Shown here piece after piece: positions 6,625 through 8,877 of a DNA stretch of 8,877 bases. The notes beneath the pieces were generated by a model. That model did no database searches. It saw nothing but the letters and a program-made list of their open reading frames with translations, and was not told the origin of the DNA. Numbering within the stretch: position 1 is the stretch's first letter; each line of letters opens with the position of its first letter. This stretch comes from Promethearchaeota archaeon (lineage in GTDB: Archaea; Asgardarchaeota; Thorarchaeia; Thorarchaeales; Thorarchaeaceae). The translations under genes and the position numbers were made by a program. The stretch is from contig JALVPN010000059.1 of NCBI GenBank assembly GCA_027031765.1, positions 1 through 8,877 on the forward strand. Direction: 5' to 3'.

Positions 6625-8877
6625 ATGACATCCGACGAGTTCTCGACCAACGACATCGAGTTCGCATTCGAGAAGCTGGACACGTCGGAGCACGGCCTGT
6701 CCTCCGCTGAGGCCGAGACCCGGCTTGCAGAGTACGGCTACAACGAGTTGGTTGAGACCGGCAGGAAGAGTCCGTTCTGGATGTTCCTTGAGCAGTTTGC
6801 CGACCCAATGGTGATCATACTCCTGATAGCCATCGGCATCTCCGTCGTGACCTACGCGATATCTCAAGAGGACGAACACGGCATAATCGATGCTGTCGTA
6901 ATCTCCGCCATCGTGATATTCAATGCAGTGTTCGGTTTCGTCCAGGAGTACCGTTCGGAGCAGGCCCTGCAGGCCCTCAAGGAGATGGCTGCGCCACGGG
7001 CAAAGGTCCTACGTGACGGCCTGTGGCAGGTCATAGACTCGAGACTGGTGGTCCCCGGGGACATAGTCTCACTTGAGGCGGGTGACAGGGTCGCAGCCGA
7101 CGCGCGGGTGATATACGCTGTCGGGCTTGCTGCTGACGAGGCAGTCCTGACTGGCGAGTCCATAGCCTCAAGGAAGGTCAGCGAACCGGTCCACACGCAG
7201 TCGCTGGCGGTCGGCGACATGCGCAACATGGTGTTCCAGGGCACTACGATTGCTTCCGGCAAGGGCCGTGCGGTGGTGACGGCGACCGGCATGGCGACCC
7301 GGTTCGGTGAGATTGCTGAGATGGTCCAGGAGAGCGAAAAGGACATGACCCCGCTCCAATTGGACCTTGAAGACCTTGGTAAGAAGCTCGGCATAGTCGT
7401 GGTCGTGCTCTGTGGGGTGGTGTTCGGTGCTGAACTCATACGGAACGTGTCTGACAGCTGGATTGAGGAGCTGTTGGCTGCAATCGCCCTTGCCGTGTCA
7501 GCCATTCCAGAGGGACTCCCCGCCGTGGTCACCATTACGCTGGCGATAGGCGTACAGAAGATGGTGACCCATAACGCAATCGTCCGCAGACTCCCATCAG
7601 TCGAGACCTTGGGCTCCACGACAGTAATATGTTCCGACAAGACGGGCACCATCACAAAGAACGAGATGACCGTGACCAACATATTCGTCAACGGGACGAC
7701 CATCACGGTCACAGGAGTGGGCTACAACCGTGAGGGACGCTTCTATCGTGCAAGCAAGGAGTACGACGTGCTGTCAGACCCCCATGTTGTGCGTATCCTT
7801 GAGATCGGTCAGATGTGCTCCAACTCTCTGCTCCAGGAGGACCCGTCTGGCAAAGCCGACTGGACGGTGGTGGGCGACCCCACAGAAGGCGCCCTGCTCG
7901 TCGTGGCTGAAAAGGCGGGGCTCTCCTATGAGCACACTCACTCCCGCTATGAAGAGGTCACAGAGATCTCGTTCGACTCGGCGAGGAAGCGGATGACCTC
8001 AATATGTCGCGACACCGAGGCGAGACTCTGGGCCTTTTCCAAGGGCGCCCCCGAGGTACTGCTGCCACTGTGCACCCACATCCTTGAGGGCGGCGAGATC
8101 CGTCCACTCGACGAGCGCACAAAGGAAACGATACTTGAGATCAATGCCGGCTTCGCCGAGAATGCACTGCGGGTGCTCGCCTTCGCATACCGGCCACTCA
8201 GTGAAGAGATCCCTGACTGGGAGCCAGAACGGGTAGAGCGGGACTTGATCTTCGTTGGCCTCGTGGGGATGATGGACCCGCCCAGGGACGAGGTGCGAGA
8301 GGCCATTGAGCGTTGCAAGAGGGCCGGTATCCGTCCCATAATGATTACTGGTGACCATGCGCTGACGGCCCGCGCGGTCGGGGTAAAGGTGGGCCTGATT
8401 GAGCGCGACGGCCTGGTCACCACGGGTGCCCAGATAGAGAATATGGACGACGACGAGTTCGCCGGGTGCGTACAGGAGTGCAATGTTTTCGCCCGCGTCG
8501 CCCCACATCACAAGCTCAGGATTGTGGAGGCCCTCAAGGGCATGGGCGAGGTGGTCGCCATGACCGGCGATGGTGTCAACGATGCCCCGGCAGTGAAGAC
8601 CGCGGATGTCGGGATTTCCATGGGCGTGCGGGGTGCGGACGTGACAAAGGAGGCGTCGGACGTCATCCTCACGGACGACAACTTTGCGACCATCGTGGTG
8701 GCCGTGGAGAAGGGCCGTGAGATATACTCTAACATACGCAAGTTCGTCCGCTTCCTCCTCGCTGCGAACTTCGATGAGGTCGTACTCGTCTTCACTGTCA
8801 TCATGCTCGGCCTGCCACTCCCTATCACCGCAATCCAGATCCTCTGGCTCAACCTCGCCACCGATGGGTTCCCTGCG
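6625..8877 (+). CDS. P-type ATPase, type IIA (SERCA/PMR1-like, probable Ca2+ transporter); 3'-truncated, 751 codons visible
   Basis: Hand-translated open frame from ATG 6625 (GGAG at 6613-6616) to the window end. Motifs: GLSSAEAETRLAEYGYNEL, QEYRSE, DEAVLTGES, AIPEGLP, CSDKTGTIT (phospho-Asp at 7636-7638), GDPTEGAL, KGAPE, DPPR, MITGD, MTGDGVNDAPA, DDNFATIV and TM6 QILWLNLATDG. Absent from the ORF track because it has no stop in the window. Confidence 0.97.
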   Translation, partial: MTSDEFSTNDIEFAFEKLDTSEHGLSSAEAETRLAEYGYNELVETGRKSPFWMFLEQFADPMVIILLIAIGISVVTYAISQEDEHGIIDAVVISAIVIFNAVFGFVQEYRSEQALQALKEMAAPRAKVLRDGLWQVIDSRLVVPGDIVSLEAGDRVAADARVIYAVGLAADEAVLTGESIASRKVSEPVHTQSLAVGDMRNMVFQGTTIASGKGRAVVTATGMATRFGEIAEMVQESEKDMTPLQLDLEDLGKKLGIVVVVLCGVVFGAELIRNVSDSWIEELLAAIALAVSAIPEGLPAVVTITLAIGVQKMVTHNAIVRRLPSVETLGSTTVICSDKTGTITKNEMTVTNIFVNGTTITVTGVGYNREGRFYRASKEYDVLSDPHVVRILEIGQMCSNSLLQEDPSGKADWTVVGDPTEGALLVVAEKAGLSYEHTHSRYEEVTEISFDSARKRMTSICRDTEARLWAFSKGAPEVLLPLCTHILEGGEIRPLDERTKETILEINAGFAENALRVLAFAYRPLSEEIPDWEPERVERDLIFVGLVGMMDPPRDEVREAIERCKRAGIRPIMITGDHALTARAVGVKVGLIERDGLVTTGAQIENMDDDEFAGCVQECNVFARVAPHHKLRIVEALKGMGEVVAMTGDGVNDAPAVKTADVGISMGVRGADVTKEASDVILTDDNFATIVVAVEKGREIYSNIRKFVRFLLAANFDEVVLVFTVIMLGLPLPITAIQILWLNLATDGFPA

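Noticed and set aside
7636-7656. DKTGTIT instead of DKTGTLT
   Set aside because: Ile at this position is within the accepted P-type ATPase phosphorylation signature.
6864-8861. Minus-strand ORFs of 282, 178, 170 and 117 aa
   Set aside because: They are antisense shadows of the uninterrupted P-type ATPase frame.
1-8877. CRISPR arrays, tRNA/rRNA, IS elements, CIRCE operator, internal TAG/TGA recoding
   Set aside because: None seen on reading. Genes tile the window, composition looks uniform, and every protein ends at a plausible family C-terminus.

Overview
A gene-dense, GC-rich (roughly 60% by eye) chromosomal window with 9 protein-coding genes. I see no RNA genes, CRISPR array or mobile element. 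Order: dnaK 3' end (+, partial), dnaJ (+), then a minus-strand block read as MFS transporter, PadR regulator, HAAS-domain membrane protein and pyruvate-kinase-C-like (COG1751-type) protein. After these come a Xaa-Pro peptidase (+), an 8-Cys YkgJ-family protein (+) and a SERCA-like P2A P-type ATPase (+, runs off the window end and is missing from the supplied ORF track). GGGGTGA/GGTG-type ribosome-binding sites, BRE/TATA-like elements and gene content suggest an archaeon, possibly Asgard/Thorarchaeia-like (inference only). Most content is housekeeping and I cannot claim a clearly new system. The best leads are the PadR-HAAS-COG1751 module, an anomalous MFS start region (possible 1-nt frameshift), an N-F-D-E variant of the Ca2+-site TM5 motif, and a possible 28-aa ORF bridging the YkgJ and ATPase genes.
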